This document shows, in pieces, positions 13,017 to 28,050 of a stretch of DNA of 64,000 nt (its first letter is position 1; each line of letters opens with the position of its first letter). Below the pieces are notes generated by a model that had not been told where the DNA came from, ran no database searches, and saw nothing but the letters and a program-made list of their open reading frames with translations. Both the position numbers and the translations under genes were made by a program. The stretch is from Chrysomallon squamiferum (taxonomy: Eukaryota; Animalia; Mollusca): NCBI GenBank assembly GCA_012295275.1, contig CM022678.1, forward strand, positions 12,338,001 to 12,402,000, written 5' to 3'.

Positions 13017-14409
13017 GTTTGTAGAAATTCTTCCTATTTAACTTTTTTAGAGAACTGAGTGGAATAAAACAAAATGTGGAGTAGCTGGTAATAGATTATG
13101 AACTAAATTTAATAATCTCATCAGTGACTTTCTTCAAGCCTGTTAGACATAAAATACTGATTCAGTTTTTAAATTATATAATGGACTCTGTCAAAACCGG
13201 TCTTTTATTAGTCCGGATCTTTTGTAACGGCACTGATTCGAAATCCCGTCCAGCTATCAAAACGGTAATACTGATTTCGAGTGTAAATTGCAGAAGAAAA
13301 GAACAATTTAAATAGAATCACTTCTTAAACAATGACTGCAATTAATTATGACACAAAGATACAGCAGACAATTAAATATCTAAAATAATTAACCGATTTG
13401 AGCCGAATTTAATTTAAAAAAATAAAATAAAGCAACAACAAAAACCCCCCAAAACAAAATGGAACCGAGTAAAACGGACGAAGACCGCCACACTTCACAC
13501 TGACAAATTAACACAGGCCACCGTTTGTTCTCGTTTTTCTAGCCGACCTCTGTTGTACACTCTAGCTACATCCTCCAGAGTTATCCCCCTACAGCAGAAT
13601 TATAAAATAAATAACGCTTATTAGAACAACACTGTTTTAATACATAGGACACACATTTTGTATTTTCTTACTGAATTCTGGACGCCAAAGTGACGTAAAA
13701 ATATTACTCTTACTATACTTTAAAGTGAAATTAAGAGAAGAATTTTCATGAAATCCACTGTGTAAACGGAGATATTTAGCATTTGCAATTTAAGACAGGA
13801 AGATAAACAGTGTGAATGTGGGTATGTTATAGGAAATGTTGTTTTTATCAAGAAATATGTGTAATTATTGAATTGAAAGCAAAGTGGTGATGGTAAACAG
13901 GAACCCTAGTTATCCACAGAGCATCAGTTTATAGAAAAGATAACTTTGACATTAAGGACATGCTTGTTTGTTGGTTAGGAGAAAACAATACAACTGAATG
14001 GACTGTTGGACACATATTTAAGTCTGTGTGTGTTTGGGTGTGGGTGTATATGTTCACATTAATATTTATATATAATTTGTGAGAGTTTGTGATTCATTTG
14101 TATTTATTTATTTATCTGCAGTGACACGCTATATTTTGATATTAATGATAATTTTGGTGTGATAATTATAACAGAAAAGATTCAAATTAATATAGGTATA
14201 AAAATAAATAATACAATACTTTCAAATATGAACACATTCATTTAAATGAACTGTTGTAGTAAATTATCTCAGCAATATCTATTACATTCATATTTACTAG
14301 GGTATCTACTATACTGTATCTGCTATAACCATAGCTATATTCACAACTACTATATCCCATATCAACTATATTCCATATCTACTAGTCATATACACGATAT
14401 CCACGTTAC

Positions 14410-15933
14410 TTTATTCATACTTGATCTCAGAATGTTTTATATACTTCTTAGTGGTACCTACAGGTGGGATTCCAAGATATGAACACATCCAAGATAAAAT
14501 TACATCATTTTAGTTACCTGTTGTGAGGATCTGCACTTTTTATACATCTACAGGTGAAACTATAGACATGGATAAGATTTTGTGTTTTGAAAGAAATGTA
14601 ATCCAAAATGCATATTTGTTTTTCTTGAATCTTTAAAATCCAAAATAAGATTACATCTGCTTATTTATGTATTTATCTTAAAATAAACAGTTTAAACTGG
14701 TCTTTTATTTTTAATTTTAACTTCTAAAATTCAAATAAATTTATAGACCTTCTAATTAATAAACCTATGAATTTATCCATTTAAATAAATTTATTTAATA
14801 TAATTTTAACAGAAGAAATTATGATTATTAAATACTTTATTTGGGTTAATATGTCAAAACAATATAAATAAAAATTATCCTGATAAATAGGAATTTGTGT
14901 CTTCAGTTTGATAATGCTAGCTAAAAATGTATAACTGAATTTTTTTTAAAATAATTTGCCATATTTATTTCACAAAAATACTTTTTTCATATGAAAAATA
15001 TCATTTTCGAAAACTTCTTAAAAATTGTAAGATTTCTGATTTATCCAGTAAAACTATATTAATAAAATATACAACATGAAATAAAAAAGAATACTAAGAT
15101 ATTTGTTTATAAAAAATGTTTTAAATTAATATATAATTTGACAGATAAAGTAACCTGCAAATGACTAATTAAGTAAATTTCTAATTTCTGAGTTTATCTT
15201 CCAAACAACAAATACATGCATATGTAGGTTTACATATTTCCTTCCATTTTGTATTTTATTAACATATTTTTATTGGGTAAATCTTTACCACAAGTCTTGG
15301 TGATTTTATATTTGGATTACACGATTAAGCAGATTATTCTTTCAAAAAAAAAAAAAGAAAAAAAAAGTATAAATAACTTTAAAAACACGAAACAAGAAAT
15401 ATATTTTAAAAATAATAATTAATATAAAACAAATAAAAAAATCTTCCTTGAAATGAACACATTTTATTATAAAACTTTTTTTTGTTTGTTTTGTTTAAAG
15501 CAAGAAGTCAATGATTTCTAAGATCAATCATATTCATCTTCTTTTCAAATTTGTATCATAAGAATTAATGTCATATTTTTCACCACCGTTTGAAATACAC
15601 TTTGAAATAATCATCATTTTTCCCTATCATGTATTGTCTAAATGTTTTTATTTTTCTCACTCATTAGCATCATTTGAAATGTTTGTTCTTGTTTAAGACT
15701 GCTGTAGACTTGACTGTACTTGGTGCTGTGTCTGGTCAAACATTTTTCTCACTGCTGTGACTGACTGAAAAAAGAGGCAGAACTGCATCCAGAATCTGTT
15801 TCATGATTTTTGAATCAGTCTGGCATTAACTATCAAAACTTTGATAGCATAAACTCAAATCTTCATCAGACTTAGCCACAGGATTTTCATTTCTGCTTTC
15901 ACATGTCTGTGCACTGAACTCCATCAAACCATC
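14410..15933 (-). pseudogene. Unidentified degenerate exon remnants
   Basis: AG/GT-bounded, compositionally coding-like blocks at about 14410-14547, 15500-15638 and 15660-15933 (e.g. DGLMEFSAQTCESRNENPVAKSDEDLSLCYQSFDS*). All have stops; family not recognised. Confidence 0.35.
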
Positions 15934-16489
15934 CTATAAATAATAATAATAATAAAAGAAGAAGAAGAAGAAGAAAATAACAACAACAGCAACAGTAATA
16001 ATTGTGATATTAGCAACAAGAATAGTAATTATAATAAAAATAGTGAAAATATTTACTGTTCTAATATTAATATTCATATTAATCATAATAACTTTTATTA
16101 AAATAAAGAGTAAAATCATAATATTATAATATAACAATGAAAAATTTGTATTGTTTTAAATTCTTGAATATTTACTTGTCAAGAATATTTGTAACTATTG
16201 TAAGATGTTGATGGAAGGAGAAGAATTAATACAGAAAGAAATAATTTTTGAAAAATAATTTAAATATAATTTTTGTTTAAACATTTAAAATTATTTTAAA
16301 TATATTTTAATAAAATACTGAAACAGCAACAAAATAAATATAACATTAAAATCAATGATGTCAGGTTGCTTCACATAAATACTTCAATCAGAGGCATGCA
16401 CTAACATACAAACACACACATACACACATACATACAGAGAGAGTTAATTAATTTATTTAGCATCTACAAACATAGATCATGCCAGCAAA

Positions 16490-16890
16490 AACAAGTTTCT
16501 TGACCCAACAAGTCTTTTACATGAAGGATTCAGATTAAGGCTTGTTGACTTTTTGCTCTTAGTCTAATATTAATTTACTGGTTCTAAACTTCCTTATCTA
16601 TATTTTGCATCAATTTAATTGAAAATCTAAAGTAGCATCATGTTCCACTATTGTTCATTGAAATATATAGACGTTTTAAAAATCTCTTATTAAGAAATAT
16701 GTAGACATCTGACTTCCACAGTTGCATCAATGACACACAAGAGACAGACTTTCACTGGAATTGTTTCATTTAGGATGATATTTCTACCACCTCAATCAAA
16801 GTGAATAATTACTTGTTGTCTACCACATCAAGTCTACTATTTCATGTCAGTGGTACCTCAAGTCTCAGATCCTAGGTTGCTTAGCTTTGT
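16490..16890 (+). mobile_element. Highly decayed CR1/L2-like reverse transcriptase fragment
   Basis: HEGFR (QHGFR-like) and GTCAGTGGTACCTCAAGTCTCAGATCCTAGG, resembling SGVPQGSVLGP. Confidence 0.4.
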
Positions 16891-17142
16891 AAATTGTAAT
16901 CTTTACTGTAGAGGTAATAATGTACTGTTATTTATTATCTGAATTCATTTTATTTATAAAAAAACACCCAAAACTATGTTTTATTGTCAATCTCTAATCA
17001 ACAGTAAAACAATGAATTTATGTAGCTATTCATGATCTTCCATGTGACCAGCTAGTGGTAACCAGTTTTCAAATGCAGTACTTGGTCACAACCAAACACT
17101 TCTATCAATTAACAAATGCAAAATTGTTTGTGATTCAATTGG

Positions 17143-17434
17143 TCACAAAAAAACACTTTTCCAGTAATTATTAATACAATTTAACTGAATAGTGTAAAAT
17201 GTAGTCACATGGTCACTGAATAAAAATGGAGGCAAAATGTCTAAAATTGAGACTAACTGATTAACTGGAAAACCATTGGGAAGTCTGCTGGATTCTGTTA
17301 TCTGCAACCTGTTGATGAGTCCTTCCATCAGCTCTCTACCAGTCAGCCAGAACAAAGTTTCTCTTTTGAATATCAAAGTTATAGAAGAACTAGACTCAAA
17401 ATATTAACAGTAAAATAAATTACAAACTTAAATT

Positions 17435-17476
<42 letters not shown>

Positions 17477-20400
17477 AAGTGCAATAAAATATTTGTTTTT
17501 AGAATCTGCTGTAGAAAATATTTTTTTTGCACAAAATGGATTGCATGACATAAAAATTACATTTTGATTTTTTAAACTTTTCTAGATGAGCTTTTTCTTA
17601 GAAATACCATAAAAACACAATTTTATAAAATGAGATCTTGGTTGAGAAGAAAAGACATCACCACTATTTAAAGTTTTCAGCTGTATTTTTTATCACATTA
17701 AAACATTTCTGTATACATAAAATAATCTTATATTAATGATTCAACATTTTCAGCATTATTATCATTTAAAATATTTTCTCATTGTGCAGAATTCAAAGCT
17801 TTCACAAAAATCTGTGCTTGTAGCTGAAAGTTAGTTTGGAAAATGTGTGCACTCTTTTGACTTCTTTACATGATGTGCTGGTATTGAGGAATGAGAGGAA
17901 GGCTGTCATACAATCTACAGTTTACTGCCCTTTATCTTAATTTCATTACTGAAACTACACAATGTTATATCTGACTCATATCATGATGGCTAGTCATGTT
18001 TGATGTTTTTAGACAATTAACATACTATTGTACTATTTAATTTCATTATTTAAAAAAATATTATTATTATAAATAATCAAAAGATCTATCTTTTCTAAAA
18101 GTGTTAAAATGTTTTGAGAACAAAATGAAATAAACATTTAGTTAGTTTGTTGTTGTTTTGTTTCTTTGTTAACTTTTTTCTGTGTGTGTGTTGTTTCCCT
18201 TTCACCATTATTAACACATTATTTTTTATTATGTAAATCAATTTCAAACTTAAATGTGTTAAATACTGCAACGTTTTATCCTATGTGAATGAAGTTTTAC
18301 ATTAAAGACATAAAATTGTTTAGTTCCTAAAAAATTAAAAACTAAATTGACTCATCTTCATTTCCAAACATGAACATCGTGTTTTTTCACTAACATTTTA
18401 TAGAGTTGTAGAGTTAAATACATATAAATTATTTTTACCCACAGTAGAGCTATTTCACATTCCTATTGCACATGCACAATGAGTAATGTCCTTTGACAAA
18501 ACAGACAGAAACTAGTCTATTTACAAATTATGGGTGTGACAGGTTGTTATGGGTGACATGAGTAGCTTCATAGGAGACTTTAAACTTTGACAACTAACAT
18601 GTACATGTTTTGAATTAGATGGTAGATTGGCCGTAGAAAAGGTCTGCTGAAATTTACAGTGGAATGGTTCAAACAGAAAAGCAGTGCAACAACTTGGACA
18701 AAGTCTCTGTGACTTGTACCCGAGTGTTTTGATAATGCCAGATTAAAAGTACATATGAGCGTTTAAAAGTTTGAAAAGCTATAAATATTTCTCATATGGA
18801 TGTGTGCAAAGATTTATGTCCACAATCGTAAAAAACAATGCTGTCTGACATGGACTTTTGTTTACCTGGAATCGATGTCTAGAAAGGTCTCAGTATTGTA
18901 TGTTCTCTATATACACATACACACACAAACATACATACAAATATACATGTACACACACACACACACACACACACACACCCACACAAATATATATACCTGT
19001 ATGTATACATAAGTATCATATTAATATACATAAATGCTGTTACCCAACCTGCTATCCTCTCACCTATAAAAATGGATGTATATACACAGGATAATTGAAA
19101 ATCCACCTTGCAAAACAATTCAGTTCAAGATCAAGGGTAGCAGGTGTTCTACAAACATTGACAATAATGTTTGTTCAGCAAGTCTTTACAGTGATACCAT
19201 TTACAGTCAGAGTATTTACACCTTTGTTGCAGACACATCTCTGACTGAACTCTGACAACATGGCCACACACTGTGTTCAACAAACAAAACATACAGTAGC
19301 ATGTTTAAATCTTTTGTTTATGAAGGAAATGTGAGCTACTGATTTCCTATACTGTTATAGGTTAAAACAGTTACTTGTCTAATTAGTTATTGTTAGGTGT
19401 AATTAGTACAAACATACACAAGTATACATATTTTAAGCTTGAAATAAATCTATAAATAAACCATTGTTACAATCAAAACTGTACCTTTACTCACATACTC
19501 ACACAAACACCTATGTACTTGTACAACCCCTACTAAGTATTTTTAAGTCCAAGGAACACACACCTCAACCAGTTGCAGTAGACTGAATAATTAAGAAAAT
19601 AATTGAAACTATTGTTCTCTGCAGTTATCTGAACCATGTGTTTAATTTCATTTGTTTTTGTTATCCTAGGTGTTGTGACAATTTCCCATCTAATACTCAG
19701 GGTCAGGACATAGTTCACTGGCTTCCCACCTACAAAATATGCCATACAAACACACATGTTTTCAGTAACATTAAAATCTTTTCCATTTCTATGTGAAGTG
19801 ATTACCCACAAATGTTTCTCATCTGCATTGGCTGGATATCAGTGGAAGGATGACACATTTCCCAGATGTCTGCAACTGGAACAGTTAATAACTCAACAAT
19901 GGTTGTGGCCTCCCATTTCAGAATGATTGGTTTTGCCCACCAATTTGCAAGTTAGGTGATTTTGGCGAGATCTTGCAATTTGCATCCTTGAATTACCCAG
20001 CAACAGAAACATGTGCAGTGGAATGCAAAATATCTCGATTAACAGTTGACTCTAAAACCCAATATATTATAATTTAGAAAATTCACTTTTCTTTTGAAAA
20101 CCAAGTCTCTGTCATAAACAGAATTAAAAACTAATTCTTTGCTTGGACCCTTTTAAATGAGATAATAAGAATAATAAAAAATTAAATAAGTAAATAAATA
20201 AATAGCCATTTATAATATTTTATTTTAAAGCTACTGAAAAATCTTTATTTCCAAAATACAAAATTCATAAATGATGAATTGCTGCTATCATTTTATTGTT
20301 ACTGAATGTTATCTTTGTCAATAGAATAACATTAAAACTATTTTTCTCAAGAATCTAAATAAAATACAACAAGGTGTAACAAAAAGGGCAGTACCTGATG

Positions 20401-21238
20401 TAAATGAAGATTTTATAACAGAGCTGGGATCCTTCCTCCAGTTTGTTCAGATTGTAGTCAGCCAATGTTTCACCAGAAATCTTCACAGTCAGGTAGACTT
20501 AGAGTGTCTCACACAGAGAACTGTGTGAAATAAAAAAATATATGATGTACTGAAATTTAACAAACAATCACATTTAGCCAGCATCAGAGAAGCCATAAAA
20601 AAAATATTTATAATAAAAATAACAAAATAAAAATAACAATAATGATGATTTAAAACAGATAAATAAATTATATTAATAATAATAATGATGACAGTAAGAA
20701 GAAAAACAATAAACTGAAATCATAAATAAATAAATAATCCATTTATTGAAGGACCCTGTCTAATAATAAAGATTTTTTTCATGATTTTACCTTTTCATTT
20801 TTCATTATTTCCCACAATCCTTGACAATTTTAGGCTACTTAATTATTGCATAAATACATTAAATTCCTTATAAATGTTAAAGAGAAATAAAACTTTTGCT
20901 ACATACCAGAGGAAAGTGATTTCAGCTGTTTTAGATAATCTTCAGATAATCATTTTTGATAAATCAAAATTGGCATCTATGAAAAGAGAAACAAATCAGA
21001 AAAAGAAAATTGTATCTGATCATTCTTTGAAAATAAATTTTATATCAAACAACATTTATAATTAAAATAAACCAGACATCTGTCATACTTAAGGATTGTC
21101 ATTCTTATAAACTAAATAAAAATAAAAACAAAAACAACTAACCTCTGAATCCAGTGAAAATGCAGGTGACATCATATCACCAATAGCAGATCAAAATGCT
21201 GAAGGATTTACACTTTCAGCAACAAGCAGTCATAGTTT
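17143..21238 (-). pseudogene. RNF213: RNF213/mysterin-like pseudogene copy A, C-terminal exons (RZ finger to C-terminus)
   Basis: The exon starting at 20051 gives VNRDILH..AHV...LP...DEKHLWV...HVCLYG.YFVG.GKPV..LCPDPE...HN (RZ-finger-like CxxGH.Y.VG.CGxP...CPxC). Later blocks give TLLSMFVEH (about 19.1 kb), SGTS..LCP.VVALL...FH (about 18.7 kb) and terminal RETL...LPPFLFSDHVTTFY (17143-17390), in RNF213 order. Many stops and frameshifts. Confidence 0.65.
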
Positions 21239-21769
21239 CTGAAATATTGAACATAGAAAAAACTGAGTTGTATAAGCATATAACAAAATACATGAATAAA
21301 AATACAATAAATGGTTATAGTTAAAAACTTTTATCTAATTATATATTTCTCTACAAAAAATATTAAAATAAAACTTTTTAACAATAAAAAACAAAACAAA
21401 AAAACATTTCCCAACTATAACTTGTTAAAAGACAATTATTTCTCTATTATTTGAAATTTTAGAGATCATACAGTACTTTACTTTTCATATTACAGAAACA
21501 CAGACAAGGACATTCTAATGCTGTGTAAATGAATAAATACACATATTATGTAATGTATCAATACATTTTCTTTGTGGAAATTTCTTACACAACCCCAGTT
21601 AGAAATCAAGTTCAGATTATTTGTATATACTGGATGCATCTTGAAATAATATATATATTTTTTTTAAACGATTTAAATAATTATGAACTAAGCCAAGTAA
21701 AAATATCTAAAACATTTCAACATTCTGAATATAACAGGATCTGTGTCTTAATCTTATATGTGGCTCTTA

Positions 21770-24275
21770 CTACAGAAATGGGGTTTATGGTCTTTCTGAC
21801 AAGCCTAGATCCAGTTTCTTCAGTACACTCCTGTACCTCATCATGCAGCTTGAGGACTTTGTAAGCTACTTAAACACTGCAAACTCTGATCAGACTGTGT
21901 GAATGTACACTCTGATCTGCATCTACAATGATAAGCCCTATTTCTGCAGTCAGAACCACACAACAATAACAACCCATTCTTCCAGTTAAAGGACAAAACT
22001 ACTTCATACGTTTGTCATACAGCCAACTTTACAATCTCATCAATCTGCTTCCTCACTGATCAAAAAGTCAAGTGGAAAGCTTTCCCTGCAGCATAGTATA
22101 TTCATTCTTCCTAAGACCAATTACTTCAAGATGAATCTAACAGGTGATAATGTGAATCATCTTTAATAAAGTTTATTCCATAAAGCACAGTGAAAAACTT
22201 GTTATGTTGTTGTCTTTGTATGATGTCTGTGCTCATGAAGATTTTTAAGACACTGTATAAATACTTTAGAACAATCTATTACCACTACTGTCTTCTGATC
22301 AAAGTGTTTTCTGATTTCTGTTTTTCAGAATTAATGTAAACATCAAAGTTATTGTAAAATGGTATATGTCCTTTACCCTCACCTTCACCTTGACCGTGAC
22401 CTACATAATTATCAGTTATCTTTGTGTTAGTGGAGTATCAGACCACTGAAATTACACTTACTGGTGTTGGGATTCAGCGAAACGGTGGCTTCCAGTTATG
22501 TCCCTTTGACTGGAAATACATCAGCTGTGATGGGTGATGTTTGAGGAGGTTTCCTAGCCTTTGTTGGAGATGTTGTCCTCTTTCTGGGAGTCTCATCTCT
22601 TTCCTCTGCTTTTGAATGGTTTAAATGTTTTTCTTTAGCTGGTTTTAGCACAGCTGGCATTAAAGGTGCAAGTTTTTCTCCATGATCACTGACATTCGAC
22701 TGTTGAGGTTGGTCACCTGGTGTAACACTCTTCAACTTCATGCTGTCAGAATCGTAGTTCAACATGGTCGGCTTCAGTGTCTGTGGGGTCTCAAGGTCAC
22801 CAACATTGAGCTGATCACAGCAAAACTTTGACATAACCTTACCAATAAAGTGGACAACTCACTGGTCTGATTCTGATTGGTGGGTGCCTCATCTGAGTAG
22901 ATAAATAAATAAATAAACAAATCAATCCATCAATAAAATACTGAATCAAATATAAAATAAACAAACAAACAAATAAAATATTAAACAAAGTATTAATCAG
23001 TTTTCTTTCTTTTTCCCCAATTCAAGTAAGATATATATTATTTTATACTGTTATTGTTATAATTACAATAACAAAAACAACAACTACTACTACTACAACT
23101 ACTCCTGTTGCCAGAGCTACTTTTCATTTTACTTTTATCATAGTAATTTCTCATTTAACTTTTAAATACTCAAACTCCCTCTATTACTACTACTATTGAA
23201 ACACAAAACTACTATCTGTATTGCTACTACTACAACTAGTACTAAGACTACAGTCTGACTATGAGTCTCACATGATACTTTACATGTAAAAATTTGACCT
23301 ATTACTACAAATAAGAATTATTATTATTAAATTCTAATGCTATAACAACTACATTACTACAACAATGGGTTGTACTACTATTACTATAACAAAACAACAA
23401 CAACCTCTGCAGATGTTTCTGTTTCTGCCAGGTTAGTACAGATTCTTTGACGACATTTCTGTCCTATGGCAAGCTCATAGAATTAGCTTCTCTTGTGTAC
23501 CAAGCAGTTTCTGAGAAACAGCAGCCTTTTATTTATTTATTTATTCATTTATAGATATATAAAATATTTCTCTTTTTGACAGATACATATATTAATAACT
23601 AATGTTTTATTGTGATAGATTTTTTATTTATTTATTTATTCATTTATTCATTTATTTATTTGTAGATATATAAAATATTTATCTTTCTAGCAGATACATA
23701 TATTAATAACTAATGTTTTATTCTGATATATTTGTTTTTGAAAGTACTAAATTATAAATATACTAAATTCTTAGAATCATCAAATTATAGTAAAAACTGA
23801 GGGATGGCAAAATTAATTTTTAAACTTTCAAATCAAAACAAAATAAAGCAGATTGTATTCTGGCAAGTTCAAAACAAAACCTCTAGTACAAATATAAGCT
23901 AAAAAGAAATGAAACAATGCTAATAGAAGTATGAAAGAATACTAAGTCATCAAGCTATTTGTATACTACAATTACTTTACTTATTATTATAGACTCTTCT
24001 TGCTCAAATCTGCTTTTCTTATTCTTATTATTGAGAATATATTACCAATACAAAAAGTGAGAAGAATGTAAGTTGATATTTGAACAGATAAGTTAGTGTG
24101 CAAGTTTTTCATACCAGTTTTTTGAAAAACTTCTGTCTGTTCTGCTATCTGTTTGTGTCCTATTCTGTCATTTAGGTGGCAACACTTGTCTGTTTTGTGA
24201 TATATGTCTGAAAAAGTAAAAACAAAGATAATTTAATTTTTTATTTTTTTTATTAGTAACATTATTTACTCTTAT

Positions 24276-24316
<41 letters not shown>

Positions 24317-25775
24317 ATTTACTAATACAAATGAAATCAGTTTCTTTTAAACATATTTTAATATAACCTGATTACTGATAAACATACATTCTGCTAAAAT
24401 AGAAAAAATCTGAAATAAAGAAGAAATATTTTATTTTAGAACATACACCACATATATTTTTTACTAGTTCTTTGTATCTTAAAAGGTAAATAACAATACA
24501 GCTAATGAAGTGACACCTTTTTTCAAACAATCTCTGAATTAAGTTTAACTTTTCTTCTTTATACGTTACTCAAATCATGATGTTTATTAGTTTAGCATAT
24601 TCTCAATTTAAAGCATTTAATTATAATATTTCTCTTATTTAATGCAAAATGTTTTATATTTTAAGTTATTCCACCAAACAATAGGTTCAGTCTGTAACAA
24701 AGAACACTCAGAAGCATTATTAATTACTTCAACAAGAGCTTTACAAAAAAGTTCATCTTCCAACAATTCATTATTAAAGATCCGAATACCTTGATCTCTG
24801 TCTACATGAGAAAAATCTATTTTAAGTGATAAAAAATAGTGATCACTAATCTGAGGTATAGGATATGTATACATTCCTTATAAACTGTAATAAATTTCTA
24901 AAAATTAAAAATAAATCAATTCTTGACTGTTTTATAGTTTTTTCAACATTTTGAGATCTGGTACATTGTCTTTTATCTGGATTTCTGTGTCGCCAAATAT
25001 CAACTAAATTATAATTATAACTGACTGTAATTCATTACTACTTTTCATACTGAAAGTTTTATTAATTGCTAAATCTAAATTAGGATCTAAAGTTTCATTA
25101 AAATCTCCTTTCCACAAATTTACATAATAATTCAAAAATAAAATATTTTCTGCAAAATTATTTGGTACATATACACTTATAAAACTATATTCATTGCTAT
25201 CTATTTTAGTATTAACTTTTAAAATCCTGACTTCTGTATCGCAACTATTAAAGGTAAACTTAGTTCATTCTTTTTGATATAAATAATGTTACACCCATCC
25301 AGTATAAACACTAAAACTCAATATTACAAAAGTACAATAATAAATTTCATAAATTCATGTAATAAAAGATATAATACAATTGAGGACTTGCAACATACAT
25401 TTTTTTTAAACTAAAATTCTGAAATATAACTTACTTTCTGATTCCTGATCATTCAGCAGCTGTCCTGTCTCGGTCATTTTTATCATTTCAAACCAGAAGA
25501 ACAGCTCTGCAAGAAAGGCTAAGAGGTTTTCTCGTATACTGTCTCGTATGTACAGAAGATTCTCATAGATGAAATGGAAAAAGTTGATGGAAGATGCTGT
25601 TCACAGAATGTTTTGATGAGACGTAGATTATACAAAGAATTAGCTATTCCTAACCCGTCTTTCAAACATATATCTGAAGAAATGATAAACAACAATGAGG
25701 CAATTAGTATTTAATAACACAGTAAAAGAGGTTAAGGAGGATGAAAAGGATGTGATAACTGACAGACAGACAGAC

Positions 25776-25826
<51 letters not shown>

Positions 25827-27795
25827 TACAAATTATATTCAACACCCCCAAAAAAAACATACCTAATAATAAAATAAGAATTTTGTTGATTGTGAAATAT
25901 AAAATCAAAAAACACCCCAAAACCCCATCCTCTCTTATAGATATTAAGATTCATAAATTTACTTTATGCTAAATTTAAAGTTACCATGTGATTCATACTT
26001 TATATTTACAAAAAAATGTGTTATTTAACAAACCATGAAAACTGAAACACTTCAGACAACAGCTACTGTACATCTGTCTCCTATGTCTTTTATTATGTCT
26101 TTCATTGCAGGAACAGACACACTATCTGATGTTCCAATTTTTTATAATATGTGAAAAATACAACAAAATAATTACATTTATATGTATGTAAATATAGCAA
26201 TGTGAGTGACAAATGTACATGATAAGAAGTGTAGTGTGCAGTTACAAGATACTAATGTAATTTGTGTGTATATGCATATCTACTTATTAACAAACTGCAA
26301 CCTCCTACATTAAATTCAATTAAACATAATTATGTTTAGAACAATGAGAAATATTTAACTAAAAACAACTCAAACTCACCTGCTCAGATTTTTTTCTTTT
26401 TCTGTGGCAGCAGTACAAACTTTATTTAAGCAGAAAATAATTGTGTCCTCAGTGACTGATGGAAGTTCACTCGATGTGTTAAAAGTTGTAATTCGTCTGA
26501 AAGTTTTAAAATTGCTTGTTAAAATGTTGAATTTAAAGTATGAGGTCTCTTTATGCTATATGATAAATTATACAAAACATGCATCTCAAATATACTTCTC
26601 CCTGACTCTTCTTTCCTTAATCCTCTCTCTTTCTCTCATACATTAATGCTTGTTTATCTGCAATCATCATAATCCTTCTCTTTCTTTTCAGCTATCATTT
26701 AATAATCAAAGTAGAAAAATGAATACTTTGACTGAAATATAATTTACCATATCGTTTCCAAAATATAAAACAAAGAAAAGTAAATCAACTTTAACAGAGT
26801 CAAACTAACTGAGTTTAATAAAACAAAACTGATTTCAAATTTTAATATTTAACAAGATAATAAATATAAACTAAAGAAATAAATAAAAAAAACAACAGCA
26901 TACCTGATGGCCGGGACAGCACATTCTACTGAAACAACTTCACTGGCACATGCCTACATCAGCGCATCAATTAGAGCTGTATGTGTATTCTGAAAGAAAA
27001 AATAAATAATAATAATAATAATAAAATAATAATAAAAATAATAACTAAGCAGTTATAAATAAATAACTAATACTTCTGTTATTATCAAAATTTAAATTTA
27101 ACTATATTATTCAGACAAGGTGGGCTGTGGGATATCTTCAATATACTTTGTTATTAATAAATAATGTAACGTGATTATTATAATATTAAACTGATTACAA
27201 AACAAAAGCAAATAAGTGATTTTTATTACACTATTTTATAATCAATAAAGAGTTGCTACAAATCTTATTTTACCCTCTAAGACACAAACATAAAATAAAT
27301 TATACTCAGAGCTCAGAATGGTGCAGTCTGCATAAGAATGGTTTCTGTAACAGGTGATTCATCCTTTTCCATGATGTAAATTCCCTTTCTTGACAGACCT
27401 GAATAATAATGCAGTGACCTAAGAAAAAATAACAATCTTACAATGCCAATAGTAAATATAATGTTTATTATTTTTTATAAGAACATGATTGATATTTTTT
27501 GTTATCAATCTACATTTGTCAGATAAAAAAAAAATTTCTCTGCTTATTATCGTTTGCGAATGTTATAATAAATTTATTTACATATGAATTTGCCAAGACA
27601 CGCACACGCACACGCATACACACTCTGACAATACGATTATTATAGTTTATACGGTGAATACACTGAATAGCTCTGTTTCTCTCTCATACACATTACATCA
27701 TGTTTACCTCGTTCCATGGCTGAAAATGTGCGCATATCTGCGAATCCGATTCACACTTGGTTCGCACAAACATAAAACATCCGAATCCATTTGGA
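21770..27795 (-). pseudogene. 5' exons of the same RNF213-like locus (N-terminal region, not individually recognisable)
   Basis: Splice-bounded minus-strand blocks at about 27708-27795 (MDSDVFMFVRTKC...), 27310-27418, 26904-26990, 26380-26680, 25434-25675, 23980-24208, 23405-23510 and 21770-22893. 22.6-23.9 kb is paralogous to 63.0-64.0 kb, which heads the second RNF213-like copy. Confidence 0.5.
24500..25300 (-). mobile_element. L1/Tx1-clade LINE ORF2 endonuclease fragment (decayed), intronic
   Basis: APE motifs in order: GVTLFI, EVRILKV, FISVYVPN, GDFN, LVDIWRHRNPDKR, SRIDLFL, ISDH, FNNELLED. Confidence 0.88.
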
Positions 27796-28050
27796 TTTTC
27801 GTGAAATGTTTCCAAAATTCGATTAAAATGAATAATCAACAAGGAAAACGATACCAATTAAAAATAAAAATAGTGTGGCTGTCAAGCATCAGTTTAAACT
27901 GGTTTGAAAAGCGTAGCATACATTCGAATCCGTGTATGTTCGAAACCACGTGGTTTATCGAGACTGCTCTGGCCTGAACCTGATTTTATTTAGTGGTTGG
28001 CCCATTTCTATAACTCAAATTGCCAAGAATAATAATCGAAACGAACATGC
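27700..28050. promoter_or_regulatory. Relatively CpG-rich candidate promoter between divergent pseudogenes
   Basis: Local CpG enrichment against a CpG-poor background. It sits at the 5' end of the minus-strand exon series and upstream of the plus-strand NIDO/EGF series. Confidence 0.35.
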
